From: Syntrophales bacterium | Lineage (GTDB): Bacteria; Desulfobacterota; Syntrophia; Syntrophales; PHBD01 | NCBI GenBank assembly: GCA_963668175.1 | Contig: OY764159.1 | Span: forward strand, 4,480,001 to 4,544,000 | DNA: 64,000 bases | Direction of reading: 5' to 3' | In this document: positions 49,086 to 59,394 of the stretch, piece by piece | Layout: every line of letters starts with the position of its first letter | How positions within the stretch are numbered: the first letter of the stretch is position 1 | Made by a program: the position numbers and the translations under genes | Notes under the pieces: generated by a model | Database searches by the model: none | Seen by the model: the letters and a program-made list of their open reading frames with translations, nothing else | What the model was told of the DNA's origin: nothing

Positions 49086-51251
49086 ATGGTAAAAAAGAGA
49101 GAAGACAGTACGGATGAGTTGGTCGGATTGCGCCATTTGGTTCGGCAAATGGACCAACTGGAAACAGATAAGATATCAATGATCGACGCTCTCAGAACAT
49201 CCGAACTCGCTTATCGTCGTCTGTTCGAGGCTGCCCCGGACGGCATCTTAATACTAAGCGCCGAAACGGGACAAATTATGGATGTGAATCCTTTTCTGGA
49301 AAACTTACTGCAATACCCCAGAAGAGAATTTATCGGGCAAAAAATATGGGAGGTCGCCCCTTTCAAGGAAACGGGTATCACGGAGGCATCTTTCGGAGTC
49401 ATGCAAGGGTACTTCAAAAACGACTCCATGCAGCTGGAATCCAGAGACGGAAGAAAGATAGATGTCGAATTTGTCTGCAATGTTTATCTCGTCGATGACA
49501 AAAGAGTTATCCAATGCAATATCCGCGATGTCACTTCCCGCAAGAAAGCGGAGACGGCTCTATACGAATCCGAAATCAAACTTCGTCATTCGGCGGACAA
49601 TCTTCCAACGTTCGTTGCGTTCATCGATACGACTGAACGCTATCAGTTCGTCAATCAGGCGTTTAAGAACTGGTTTGGAGTCCATTCCAAAGAGGCCATC
49701 GGCAAAACGATACGCGAAATAAAGGCTCATCAAGGGTATAGAATCATCGTCGATAATGTTGATTTTATCCTGTCGGGCAGAAACATGCTTCATAAGGACG
49801 TGATGCATCTGCCGGATGGAAAGGCTGTTTATTACGAAGCCAATTATATACCGAACAGGAATGAGTCCGGCGACCTTGAAGGATGCTGCATTCTCATACG
49901 AGATATAACCGAGCTGAAAACTCTCGAAGACAAATTAAGGGAAGCTCGATACCATTTGGAATGGCTGGTGAGCGATCGCACTTCCAAGATCATGGAGATG
50001 AACCGTCAGCTCCTTCGCGAAATCGAAGAACGCAGAAAGACCCATGAGTCTTTATTGATTTCTGACGATAATTTTACAGGTTTCATCGATATTATTGGCG
50101 TAGGAGCCGCTCTTATCAATCCAAACATGGAAATATTAGCCCTGAACGACCAGATGAAGAAATGGTTCCCTCATGTGGACACGTCAAAAACGCCTTACTG
50201 CTTCGAGGTGTTTAACATACCGGGACGAGACGGCATCTGTCACTACTGCCCGACATGGAAGACCCTTCAAGACGGCCAAATTCATGAGGCGATAACCGAA
50301 ACGCCCAAGGATGGCGCCATTATCAATTACCGGGTCGTGTCATCCCCCATTAAAGATCAAAATGGGCAGATTACCGCGGCAATTGAGTTGATCGATGATG
50401 TAACCAACAGGGAATCCGTACGGACAGGATGGGATCAATCCGAAAGCGATTTTCAGACTATTTTTGAAACGACGGGCAACGCGACTGTCATGATAGAAGA
50501 GGACGCAACGATCAGCATGGCCAACAGGATGTTCTTAAAACGCCTCGGGTATTCCAAAAGCGAATTGGAAGGGCAGAAAAGGATTACCGATCTCATTCTC
50601 ACGGAGGATTTAAGTAAATTCAGAAAATATTATATCCAGAGAACGGATCCCACCGAATCTTTGGAATGTCATTTTATTGATAAGAATCAGAATAAAATCG
50701 CTGCAGTCATCTTCATGAATACCTTGCCCGGCAGAATGAAAAAGGTGATATCCCTTTATGATATTACAGAGTTGAAACGCCTGGAGGAAATCGTCAATGG
50801 AAAAGAGCGAGAACTGCAATTGAAGGGTCACAAACTGGAGGAAATAAACACGGCCCTGGCGGTTCTCCTGAAGCGCAGAGAAACGGATAACGCGGAAATG
50901 GAGGAGAAAATTCTCACCAACGTGAACGACCTCATCAGGCCTTATTTAGAAAAACTTAATAAGGGGCACCTGGATGCCAATCAGCGGGCCTACGTCCGTC
51001 TCATTGAGGATAATATAAGCAATATTATTTCCCCATTCTTGCATAATTTTTCAAATAAATACCCGAACTTAACGCCACAGGAGATTCAAGTGGCCGCCAT
51101 GATTAAAAATGGAAAAACCAGCAAGGAAATGGCCGAGTTATTAAACATTTCCGAAAGAACCGTCAATTTTCACAGAGAACACATCAGAAAGAAACTGGGG
51201 TTGGCCAACAAAAAAGTCAATCTTAGATCACATCTGCTTTCCATGGCATAG
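49086..51251 (+). CDS. Multi-PAS LuxR-family transcriptional regulator
   Basis: About four PAS repeats (YRRLFEAAPDGIL..., NIRDVT, IRDIT, YDIT) and C-terminal LTPQEIQVA...GKTSKEMAELLNISERTVNFHREHIRKKLG; no kinase domain. Confidence 0.9.
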   Translation: MVKKREDSTDELVGLRHLVRQMDQLETDKISMIDALRTSELAYRRLFEAAPDGILILSAETGQIMDVNPFLENLLQYPRREFIGQKIWEVAPFKETGITEASFGVMQGYFKNDSMQLESRDGRKIDVEFVCNVYLVDDKRVIQCNIRDVTSRKKAETALYESEIKLRHSADNLPTFVAFIDTTERYQFVNQAFKNWFGVHSKEAIGKTIREIKAHQGYRIIVDNVDFILSGRNMLHKDVMHLPDGKAVYYEANYIPNRNESGDLEGCCILIRDITELKTLEDKLREARYHLEWLVSDRTSKIMEMNRQLLREIEERRKTHESLLISDDNFTGFIDIIGVGAALINPNMEILALNDQMKKWFPHVDTSKTPYCFEVFNIPGRDGICHYCPTWKTLQDGQIHEAITETPKDGAIINYRVVSSPIKDQNGQITAAIELIDDVTNRESVRTGWDQSESDFQTIFETTGNATVMIEEDATISMANRMFLKRLGYSKSELEGQKRITDLILTEDLSKFRKYYIQRTDPTESLECHFIDKNQNKIAAVIFMNTLPGRMKKVISLYDITELKRLEEIVNGKERELQLKGHKLEEINTALAVLLKRRETDNAEMEEKILTNVNDLIRPYLEKLNKGHLDANQRAYVRLIEDNISNIISPFLHNFSNKYPNLTPQEIQVAAMIKNGKTSKEMAELLNISERTVNFHREHIRKKLGLANKKVNLRSHLLSMA

Positions 51252-51416
51252 TTCCAGGTAATACCTGGCATTATGCCCGACACTTTACGGTATTGTATAC
51301 GTTGCCGAGATATCCTATATCATAATACAGATCATTCAGTTACAGAACAAGAACACTTACTGCCGAAGAGCTCTGACAATCTCAACAACCCGATATCATT
51401 TACAAAGGAGCAGATA

Positions 51417-51716
51417 ATGTGCTTGGCTGTTTGCCATAAGAAACTGGGTGGGTGTGGATATCTCGGTGATGAACAGGAGTGGATACGCGAAGGGAAACAA
51501 TGCCTTTGCCCCAAGTGCCGTCAAGACCGCATGTATTTTTTGTTCGACTACAACCTGGAAGAAGTCGTTGATTTTTCGGTTATGAACAGGGCAAGGAATA
51601 TGCTCACCGAATACAATGCGAAACTAAAAGGTAAAGCTCTACAAAAAGCAATTAAAAACGGCCAGATTGCCACATACCATCTCACGCAAGATCAGAGACT
51701 GGAAATCGGTCTTTAA
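51417..51716 (+). CDS. Small Cys-rich (Zn-ribbon-like) hypothetical protein
   Basis: AAGGAG RBS then MCLAVCHKKLGGCGY...QCLCPKCRQ, 99 aa. Confidence 0.65.
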   Translation: MCLAVCHKKLGGCGYLGDEQEWIREGKQCLCPKCRQDRMYFLFDYNLEEVVDFSVMNRARNMLTEYNAKLKGKALQKAIKNGQIATYHLTQDQRLEIGL

Positions 51717-51946
51717 GTGCCTTCTTGCGCAAGACGAGTCCATATAGCACCGAAACATGCATACGGCATTTCGGGGGACTCCCCGCTAAATAAATCAAGA
51801 ATTTTCTTGAATTCTACGGTAATTTCACCTAATGATGAACGAGTGTTTTGCCCGCGCATGAATGCAACGGACATTTATCGAAGTTTTTCATCAAAGGCAA
51901 TACAAAGGTATATGGTATAAACCTCGATAATCATAGAGGGATTCAC

Positions 51947-53368
51947 ATGATCAATCCGGCTGTACCGCATAATATTAGCGATTACGTAGAGATTCTTCGG
52001 CGGCGCTTGTGGTTTATCTTCGTTCCGTTTGCTGCAATCATTTTGGGAACGGCCATATACGTTATTTTTGCTCCCAGGATCTACATGGCCTCCACCATGA
52101 TCTTGGTAAGCCCCCAAAAGGTTCCGGAAAGCTATATCCATCCCACTGTGACCACCAGTGTAGCGGAGCGGCTCCAATCCATAGCCCAGGAAGTGATGAG
52201 CCGTACACGCCTCGAGCAAGTCATAGCCGAACTCAATCTCTATAAGAGAGAAGCAAGGAGCCGTACCAAAGAAGAGGTTGTGGAACTGATGCGCAAGGAT
52301 ATCAGGGTTGAGCTTCCGAAAGGAAAAGAGGGCTATTTCTCCATCAGCTACATGACCGACGATCGTAACATGGCAGCCACGGTAGCCAATCGTCTCGCCT
52401 CCCTTTTCATTGAAGAAAACCTCAAGGTAAGAGAACAACAGGCCATGGGAACGACGGAGTTTCTGGCGACGGAGCTCAGCAACACCAAGGCCAAACTTGA
52501 TGAGATGGATAAGCAGATCCTGGAATATAAGCGGCAATACATGGGAGAGCTTCCGGAGCAAAGGGATTCCAATTTGAAAATATTCGAGCAGTACCAGGCC
52601 CAGAGTCTGAAAGTCGCTGAAAGCTTGAGAGCCGCTCAGGACAGAAAAATATTACTCCAGAAACAACTCTCGGACCTGGAAACGTCCGGCACGTTGTCCA
52701 CATCGGAGAATACGAAATCCGGGCGGAGCGGCGCCGTAGGGTCATACGAATCTGAAATTGCGAACCTGAAGAACACCCTCGAATCCCTCCAGGGAAAATA
52801 CACGGATAACCATCCGGATGTTATGGTGACCAAGAGAAAAATTGCCGATATGGAATCCAAGAGGACGGCACTCACCATTAAGAACGATCCGCGATACCGG
52901 GAAATACAGGGACAAATCGTTGCCACCGATCTGGAAATAAGACGATTGAAGCAGGAAGAGGCGGCGAACCAGGGACAGATGAGTAAATACAGGGCCAGGG
53001 TTGAAAATGCGCCTTTGAGAGAACAATCCATGGCTACCCTTATGAGGGAATACCAGAACACCAAACTGGCTTATGACGCCCTTTTGCAGAAAAGCCAGGG
53101 GGCTCAGCAGGCAGAAAATCTGGAGCGACGCCAGAAAGGGGAGCAATTCAAGGTGATCGACCCAGCTCGCGTCCCGGAAAAGCCCTTCTCGCCGAATATA
53201 CCTAAAATTTTACTTATGGGCCTTATGGCCGCCATAGGGGGTGGAATAGGTCTTGCTTTGCTCCGGGAGCAGATGGACCGTTCCTTCCGTGATGCCGAGG
53301 ACGTGGAAATGACTTTAGGGGTCAAGGTCCTCGCCAATATCCCAAAAATCGAATCGAAAGTAGCATAG
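51947..53368 (+). CDS. Polysaccharide chain-length determinant (Wzz/Wzc N-terminal, GumC family)
   Basis: Two TMs, coiled coils, KYTDNHPDV, FKVIDPARVPEKPFSPN. Confidence 0.9.
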   Translation: MINPAVPHNISDYVEILRRRLWFIFVPFAAIILGTAIYVIFAPRIYMASTMILVSPQKVPESYIHPTVTTSVAERLQSIAQEVMSRTRLEQVIAELNLYKREARSRTKEEVVELMRKDIRVELPKGKEGYFSISYMTDDRNMAATVANRLASLFIEENLKVREQQAMGTTEFLATELSNTKAKLDEMDKQILEYKRQYMGELPEQRDSNLKIFEQYQAQSLKVAESLRAAQDRKILLQKQLSDLETSGTLSTSENTKSGRSGAVGSYESEIANLKNTLESLQGKYTDNHPDVMVTKRKIADMESKRTALTIKNDPRYREIQGQIVATDLEIRRLKQEEAANQGQMSKYRARVENAPLREQSMATLMREYQNTKLAYDALLQKSQGAQQAENLERRQKGEQFKVIDPARVPEKPFSPNIPKILLMGLMAAIGGGIGLALLREQMDRSFRDAEDVEMTLGVKVLANIPKIESKVA

Positions 53369-53374
53369 ACTGCT

Positions 53375-54289
53375 GTGTACAGAAAATTCTTCGGCCTTAA
53401 AGACAAACCCTTTGAGATCACGCCGGACCCGCGTTTTCTTTATCGGAGCGACATTCATAAAGAAGCGCTGGCGAACTTGAAATATGCCGTCAGGGAAGGT
53501 AAAGGTTTTACGGTAGTCACAGGTGAAGTGGGAACGGGAAAAACCACGCTGATCCATTCTCTGCTCAGCACACTTGACGGTAATGTCCGCACCGCTTATA
53601 TCTTCAATCCCAATCTCCGGCCGACGGACTTTTTGAACTACATCTGCGACGACCTGGGACTGAAATCGGAAGAACTGCGCTCCCGGGGGCAGAGTCTGAC
53701 GATGCTACATAACTTTCTCCTGGAATGTTACGAAAAGAACGAGAAAGTATACCTCATCATTGATGAGGCACAGAGTCTCAGCCCGAAACTCCTTGAGGAA
53801 GTTCGTCTTCTCACGAATTTGGAAACGGCCAAGAGTAAACTTCTCCATCTGATTCTGATGGGTCAGCCGGAACTCGATAATATGCTTGCCGACCCGGGGT
53901 TACGCCAACTTAAGCAGAGAATCACGATCCGGCATCGCATAACCCCTCTCGACGAAAGAGATACCAGAGATTACATCCTTCACCGCCTTAAGATTGCCGG
54001 AGCGAAACATATTAATATCTTCGATGAAGGGGCGATTAAAGAGATATATCGTTATTCATCAGGGATACCGCGGTTAATCAATATCGTGTGCGACAACGCT
54101 CTTATCACCGGATTTTCCCGGGAAGAGAAGAGAATCACAAGGTCGATAATCAAGGAAGTCATCAGGGACCTGGAAGGACCTTCTTACACCCGCAAGTTTG
54201 TGTTTAACTGGAAGATCGCATTGTTATTGGCCCTTATTGTCGTATTGGTCATTGTGACCTTGGATTATTTCATATTAAATACAAAATAG
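53375..54289 (+). CDS. ExeA-family AAA ATPase (PEP-CTERM locus type)
   Basis: FFGLKDKPFEITPDPRF, GEVGTGKTT, IIDEAQ, LMGQPEL, GIPRLINIVCD. Confidence 0.92.
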   Translation: MYRKFFGLKDKPFEITPDPRFLYRSDIHKEALANLKYAVREGKGFTVVTGEVGTGKTTLIHSLLSTLDGNVRTAYIFNPNLRPTDFLNYICDDLGLKSEELRSRGQSLTMLHNFLLECYEKNEKVYLIIDEAQSLSPKLLEEVRLLTNLETAKSKLLHLILMGQPELDNMLADPGLRQLKQRITIRHRITPLDERDTRDYILHRLKIAGAKHINIFDEGAIKEIYRYSSGIPRLINIVCDNALITGFSREEKRITRSIIKEVIRDLEGPSYTRKFVFNWKIALLLALIVVLVIVTLDYFILNTK

Positions 54290-54304
54290 GATGGTGTCGG
54301 ACAC

Positions 54305-55201
54305 ATGGGCAAGATGTTCGAAGCGCTACAAAAGGTCGAAAGGGATAAGGTTAGGGAGTCGGAACCTGATGTTCCTGAAACCGCTCCGGACCAAATGGTT
54401 CTGGACGAAAACATGGTTTCTTACTTCCTGCCTGAATCAGTCGCCTCGGAGCAGTTCAAGAAGCTTAGAACCCACCTATTCAAAGAGAGCATTCATTCCA
54501 AAGAGATACCGCGAACCATTCTTGTGACCAGTACGACAAGCGGGGAGGGGAAAACTTTTGTGGCCATCAACCTGGCGATCACACTGGCAACAGACTTGCA
54601 GAAGTATGCCCTCCTGGTCGATTGTGATCTTCGCAATCCATCCTTTTCCCGCTGGTTCGGCCTCTCGGACCGGAAGGGTCTTTCCAACTATTTGCAGGGA
54701 GAAAGCGATATCTCGGAACTCCTCATCAAGACCAACATAGACAAATTGACCCTCTTTTGCGGCGGACCGGCCAATCAGGATAACCCGGTGGAGTTAATCG
54801 GTTCGAAGCAAATGGAATCTCTGGTCAGTGAATTGAATGCCCGTTACCCGGACCGCTATATCATCATCGATTCGCCTCCTTTGCTGGCCACAACGGAACC
54901 AACCGTCCTGATGAAGATGGTCGATGCCATCCTGTTCGTCGTACGGGCAGGACAAACACCTCGCGATTCAATCCTGCAGGCCATAAAAGGAATCGACAAG
55001 AAGAAGATCATCGGCGTCGTGCTGAACGACATTGAATTTAAGACATCATCGCTGAATTCGAGATACTTCGGTTCCCGGGACGGATATTACGGGTATTATT
55101 CAAAAATGCGAAAGCCTCAGCCGAAAGGCTGGAAGAAATGGATTGCCGTACCGCGTTTTTTCAGAAAGAAACACTTCAGACCAGGTGAAAATGTCAAATA
55201 A
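54305..55201 (+). CDS. BY-kinase, polysaccharide tyrosine autokinase (CpsD/CapB)
   Basis: SGEGKT, LVDCDLRNP, IIDSPP, C-terminal Tyr cluster RYFGSRDGYYGYY. Confidence 0.92.
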   Translation: MGKMFEALQKVERDKVRESEPDVPETAPDQMVLDENMVSYFLPESVASEQFKKLRTHLFKESIHSKEIPRTILVTSTTSGEGKTFVAINLAITLATDLQKYALLVDCDLRNPSFSRWFGLSDRKGLSNYLQGESDISELLIKTNIDKLTLFCGGPANQDNPVELIGSKQMESLVSELNARYPDRYIIIDSPPLLATTEPTVLMKMVDAILFVVRAGQTPRDSILQAIKGIDKKKIIGVVLNDIEFKTSSLNSRYFGSRDGYYGYYSKMRKPQPKGWKKWIAVPRFFRKKHFRPGENVK

Positions 55202-56588
55202 GACGAGGCTTTATCTCGACGTCCGGGCATTTTTTTATATCAGCCTGGAGGCCCTGCTGATGATCGGGATTCTTATCTTCAGCATCTACATACGTCGTGG
55301 CGGTTTGTTATTTTCTATCATCGGCGATGAAAGCTTTATCTTGAAAGTGGCTGTTTTCATCACCTTGATCCTCGTTCCGCTTTACTTGTTGAGTCTTTAT
55401 GAAGAAAGAATTGCTCCGGGTCATGTACTTGAATTGTCCGGCTGGCGATTTTTACAGGCCCTTGTCATTGCAGCCTTCCTTCTATCGTTTATCTATTTCC
55501 TTCATCCGTTCCTGGCCTTCGAAAGAGACGTTTTCCTGACCAGCTTTCTCTTGATCGGTTTATCGTCTCTTGCTATCAGATTGGTTTACCAGAAGATTCT
55601 CACCATCCAACACGTAGCCAAGAATGTTCTCGTCATTGGATGCGGAACATTGGCAGGCGAGATTACACAGGAAATAGAAAACCAAAAAAACATCGGCTAC
55701 AATTTGGTGGGATTCATAACCAACGAACCGGATCGCGTTGGAAATCTGGTGTATAACAAACCCATTCTGGGCGATCCGTCGCAAATCATGGAAATCGTCA
55801 AAGACAAGAAAATCGATCAGATTATTGTCGCGCTCGATGAAAGGAGGGGGGGATTTCCCCTCATGCAACTTCTTGAGTGCAAAGTCCAGGGGCTAATCAT
55901 CAAACCCGGCGTTGAATTCTATGAACGCCTCACCGGCAGACTGAAGATCAAGCACTTGGTCCCCAGTACCATGATCTTTTCGAAAGGATTTAAAAAATCC
56001 GCTCTGCAACTTGCACTCAAGAGGTTTACAGAACTCATCATGTCGATCTGTGGCCTGATCATCCTGGCCCCTCTTATGTTGATCATTGCTCTTATCATTA
56101 AGCTGGAGTCTCGTGGACCGGTATTTTACCGTCAGGAAAGAGTGGGGGAATACGGAAAATGTTTCGAATTGATCAAGTTCCGTTCGATGTATACTGATGC
56201 GGAGGCAAACGGCCCGGTCTGGGCAAAGGAAAACGATAAAAGAGTGACGCGGGTCGGGAAATGGCTGAGGAAATTGCGTCTTGATGAAATACCGCAGATG
56301 ATCAATGTCATAAAGGGGAATATGTCATTTGTAGGTCCCAGGCCCGAACGTCCTCACTTTGTGAACATCCTGCGCAGGGAAATCCCTTTCTACGATCAAC
56401 GTTTATCCGTGAAACCGGGCATCACCGGGTGGGCCCAAATCATGTATGTATATGCCGGTTCCAAAGAAGAAACCTTGGAGAAAATGACCTACGATTTGTT
56501 CTATATTAAGAATATGTCATTATTTCTCGATTTCTATATCATTTACAAAACGATCATGGTCGTGTTTTTTGGAAAAGGGGCAAGATAA
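55191..56588 (+). CDS. Priming polyprenyl glycosylphosphotransferase (sugar transferase)
   Basis: N-terminal TMs; GPVFYRQERVG, KFRSM, LDEIPQ, GPRPERP, VKPGITGWAQ. Confidence 0.94.
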   Translation: MSNKTRLYLDVRAFFYISLEALLMIGILIFSIYIRRGGLLFSIIGDESFILKVAVFITLILVPLYLLSLYEERIAPGHVLELSGWRFLQALVIAAFLLSFIYFLHPFLAFERDVFLTSFLLIGLSSLAIRLVYQKILTIQHVAKNVLVIGCGTLAGEITQEIENQKNIGYNLVGFITNEPDRVGNLVYNKPILGDPSQIMEIVKDKKIDQIIVALDERRGGFPLMQLLECKVQGLIIKPGVEFYERLTGRLKIKHLVPSTMIFSKGFKKSALQLALKRFTELIMSICGLIILAPLMLIIALIIKLESRGPVFYRQERVGEYGKCFELIKFRSMYTDAEANGPVWAKENDKRVTRVGKWLRKLRLDEIPQMINVIKGNMSFVGPRPERPHFVNILRREIPFYDQRLSVKPGITGWAQIMYVYAGSKEETLEKMTYDLFYIKNMSLFLDFYIIYKTIMVVFFGKGAR

Positions 56589-56969
56589 GGCCCATAAGCA
56601 AATACGGAACAAGACTTCCTGCTGGAATTGTCGTATAATGATTCCGGAAGAGAGTGTGAGGGGGATTTTGAGTAATCGTCCCTATAATGGAATCACATAT
56701 TCCATGTTCATCTAGATTTGTTTGGATATCGATTCCCAGCGTCCGGAAGCTGCGGGGATGGCCGTACACACGCCCATAGATGAGGGAAAGGCGGATACAA
56801 GTCTTTCCAAGGGCTTTAGAATTATAAAGCTTTTTTTGCCATCAAAAGTCCTGAAGACACGACAGGACCTGTCGGTTGCATGGATATATGTAATCGAGAG
56901 GGCGTGAGCTTGTCATTTCCTGGGGTCTGGCTGTACGTATCGATTCCCGATCTCGAATAAAATATACCC

Positions 56970-57893
56970 ATGAAGAACAGGATTAATGCCCTTACCATCG
57001 ATGTCGAAGACTACTTCCAGGTTCAGGCCTTTTCGGCAGTTTCCAAATATGAAACCTGGGGGCATTATGAAGTACGCGTCGAAAAGAACACCTTCAATCT
57101 TTTGAACATTCTGGATGGAGTGCCTTCACACGACCCGGCAAATGGATCGACGATTCCCTGCAAAGCCACGTTCTTTGTCCTCGGATGGATCGCGGAGAGA
57201 TACCCACATATCGTAAAAGCTATTAAAGCCGCCGGTCATGAAATAGCAAGCCACGGTTATGCCCACCAGGTTATATACAACCAGACGAAGGATGAGTTCA
57301 GAACAGATATCCGGCGCGCCAAGGCTGTACTTCAGGATATTACGGGAGAAGAAATTATAGGATACCGAGCGCCCAGCTATTCGATAACGCCTAAGACACT
57401 TTGGGCTTTGGAAATTCTCATAGAAGAAGGATTTCATTACGACTCAAGCATCTTTCCCGTATATCACGATATTTACGGAATGCCCGATGCCCCGCGCTTC
57501 CCGTTTGCCGTCCGCATCGATGAAAAGAGAAAGATTGAATTCGCACCTATAACGGCTGAAACGAAACGTACCGCCATGCTGGAATTCCCCATATCAACCG
57601 TAAAGATCCTCGGAACGAACATCCCTGTGGCGGGAGGCGGTTACTTCCGCCTATTCCCCTATCACCTCATTAAATACGGATTGAAACGGATCAACGAAGT
57701 CGACCAACAGCCTTTTATCTTCTACCTTCATCCCTGGGAGTGCGACCCGGAGCAGCCCAAAATAGATGGAGCGGGATTACGTTCCCAATTTCGCCATCGA
57801 ATCAACTTGAGCAAAACGCAACGTCGTTTTCAAAAGTTACTGGATGATTTCCAGTTCACAACCGTTCGGGACATGTTGACCAATCATATTTGA
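56970..57893 (+). CDS. Polysaccharide deacetylase (XrtA-system type, DUF3473)
   Basis: TIDVEDYFQV, HEIASHGYAH, GYRAPSYS, YDSSIFP, GGGYFRL, YLHPWE. Confidence 0.93.
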   Translation: MKNRINALTIDVEDYFQVQAFSAVSKYETWGHYEVRVEKNTFNLLNILDGVPSHDPANGSTIPCKATFFVLGWIAERYPHIVKAIKAAGHEIASHGYAHQVIYNQTKDEFRTDIRRAKAVLQDITGEEIIGYRAPSYSITPKTLWALEILIEEGFHYDSSIFPVYHDIYGMPDAPRFPFAVRIDEKRKIEFAPITAETKRTAMLEFPISTVKILGTNIPVAGGGYFRLFPYHLIKYGLKRINEVDQQPFIFYLHPWECDPEQPKIDGAGLRSQFRHRINLSKTQRRFQKLLDDFQFTTVRDMLTNHI

Positions 57894-57910
57894 AAGGTAT
57901 CCGGATTCCC

Positions 57911-58765
57911 ATGAATGATCTTCTGTTCAAAGATAAGAAGCTTGCCGGTATCGGCGCCGCTGCCTTTGTTCTCTTCATCTTGACTTTTTATCCCGTCTTT
58001 CAATCCCTTATCGGTAGATGGTACAACGATGAAGATTATTCGCACGGGTTCCTGATCATTCCGATATCCCTGTATATCGTATGGGAAAAGAGGCATTTGC
58101 TGGCTCAAGTATTCCGGCGGCCTTCCCAATGGGGTCTCGTTTTCATTATGATATCCCTGTTGATCTATATCCTTGCGCAAATAGCAGAAGTCGTCTCCCT
58201 GGCCTCCGTTTCCATGATCCTGCTCCTCGCGTCTGCGGTCATTTATCTTCAAGGATTTCCTATGTTAAGGGCACTTGGCTTTCCTTTAGCATTTCTTCTC
58301 TTTATGATACCGGTTCCGGCACAGATCTATTCGGCGTTGACGATCAACCTTCAACTTTTCGTCACTCAAGCCAGCGCCTGGATTTCTCCGCTTCTGGGTA
58401 TATCTCTTTATCATGAAGGGAATGTGATTTATTTGCCTCACCGCACGCTTCAAGTCGTCAACGCCTGCAGCGGTATGAGATCGATTATTTCTTTGCTTGC
58501 CATGAGTTCCATCGTCGCCTATTTCTACCTGCAATCGAATCCGCTTCGCTGGATACTATTTTTCCTGGGTATACCAATAGCTGTTATTACGAATATCATT
58601 CGCGTTATCAGTCTGATTGTGGCTTTTCAATATTTCAATACGGACCTGACGGCCGGCACGGCCCATACAGTGCTCGGTTTGGTCATTTTTGCACTGGCTT
58701 TGGCTTTGACGATCTTAGGCATGGAGGTACTGAAAATTTGGGAAAAGAAACTCAAAAAAAGTTAA
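57911..58765 (+). CDS. Exosortase (EpsH family)
   Basis: Multi-TM; YSHGFLI; catalytic Cys (VNACSGMRS), Arg (NIIRV) and His (AHTVLG). Start 57890 or 57911. Confidence 0.92.
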   Translation: MNDLLFKDKKLAGIGAAAFVLFILTFYPVFQSLIGRWYNDEDYSHGFLIIPISLYIVWEKRHLLAQVFRRPSQWGLVFIMISLLIYILAQIAEVVSLASVSMILLLASAVIYLQGFPMLRALGFPLAFLLFMIPVPAQIYSALTINLQLFVTQASAWISPLLGISLYHEGNVIYLPHRTLQVVNACSGMRSIISLLAMSSIVAYFYLQSNPLRWILFFLGIPIAVITNIIRVISLIVAFQYFNTDLTAGTAHTVLGLVIFALALALTILGMEVLKIWEKKLKKS

Positions 58766-59385
58766 TTATCCTAATCGTATGCCTGTTGGCAGCCCTCGCG
58801 TGCATTTATGGACTGCCCACTTCCGAACCTCACCGCAAAAATGTCAGGCTCAACGATATCTTGGCGAACGTGGGAGGATGGAATCCGGGTGCGCCTATTG
58901 ATATCGAACCGGCGATTGTCAAGGTCCTGAATCTTGACGATTATTTGAACCGTTACTATTTTCGGGAGAAAGAAAACGTATCTCTATACATCGGATACTA
59001 TCTTACAAAAAGCAAGATAGGAGCCGCTCATGATCCGATGGTTTGTTTTCCCGGACAGGGATTCATACTGTCTAGTGTCAATAAAGGGACATATCAACTC
59101 CCCACCAGCCGCGAGACCATCACCTATTCCCTCATGACAGCGCAACGGAATCAAAAAAAGGACCTCATCATTTACTGGTTTCAGTCATTCGATCAGACCA
59201 ACGAAGACACGTTCCGCCAGAAAGTCAATCTCCTTTTGCAGCAGATCAAGACGCGCCGGGAAGATAACGCCTTTGTAAGAATTACCGTGTCCCTGGACAA
59301 CAGGACACAGCAGGAAGGTTTGAAACTGGGCCTTGATTTCATTGACGCCTTCTACCCTCGCTTTCTCGAATACGTCAGGATGTAA
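58738..59385 (+). CDS. EpsI family exosortase-associated protein
   Basis: LNLDDYLNRYY, SLYIGYY, HDPMVCFPGQG, IIYWFQ, AFVRI; follows the exosortase. Confidence 0.88.
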   Translation: MGKETQKKLIILIVCLLAALACIYGLPTSEPHRKNVRLNDILANVGGWNPGAPIDIEPAIVKVLNLDDYLNRYYFREKENVSLYIGYYLTKSKIGAAHDPMVCFPGQGFILSSVNKGTYQLPTSRETITYSLMTAQRNQKKDLIIYWFQSFDQTNEDTFRQKVNLLLQQIKTRREDNAFVRITVSLDNRTQQEGLKLGLDFIDAFYPRFLEYVRM

Positions 59386-59394
59386 TTCTTACCA

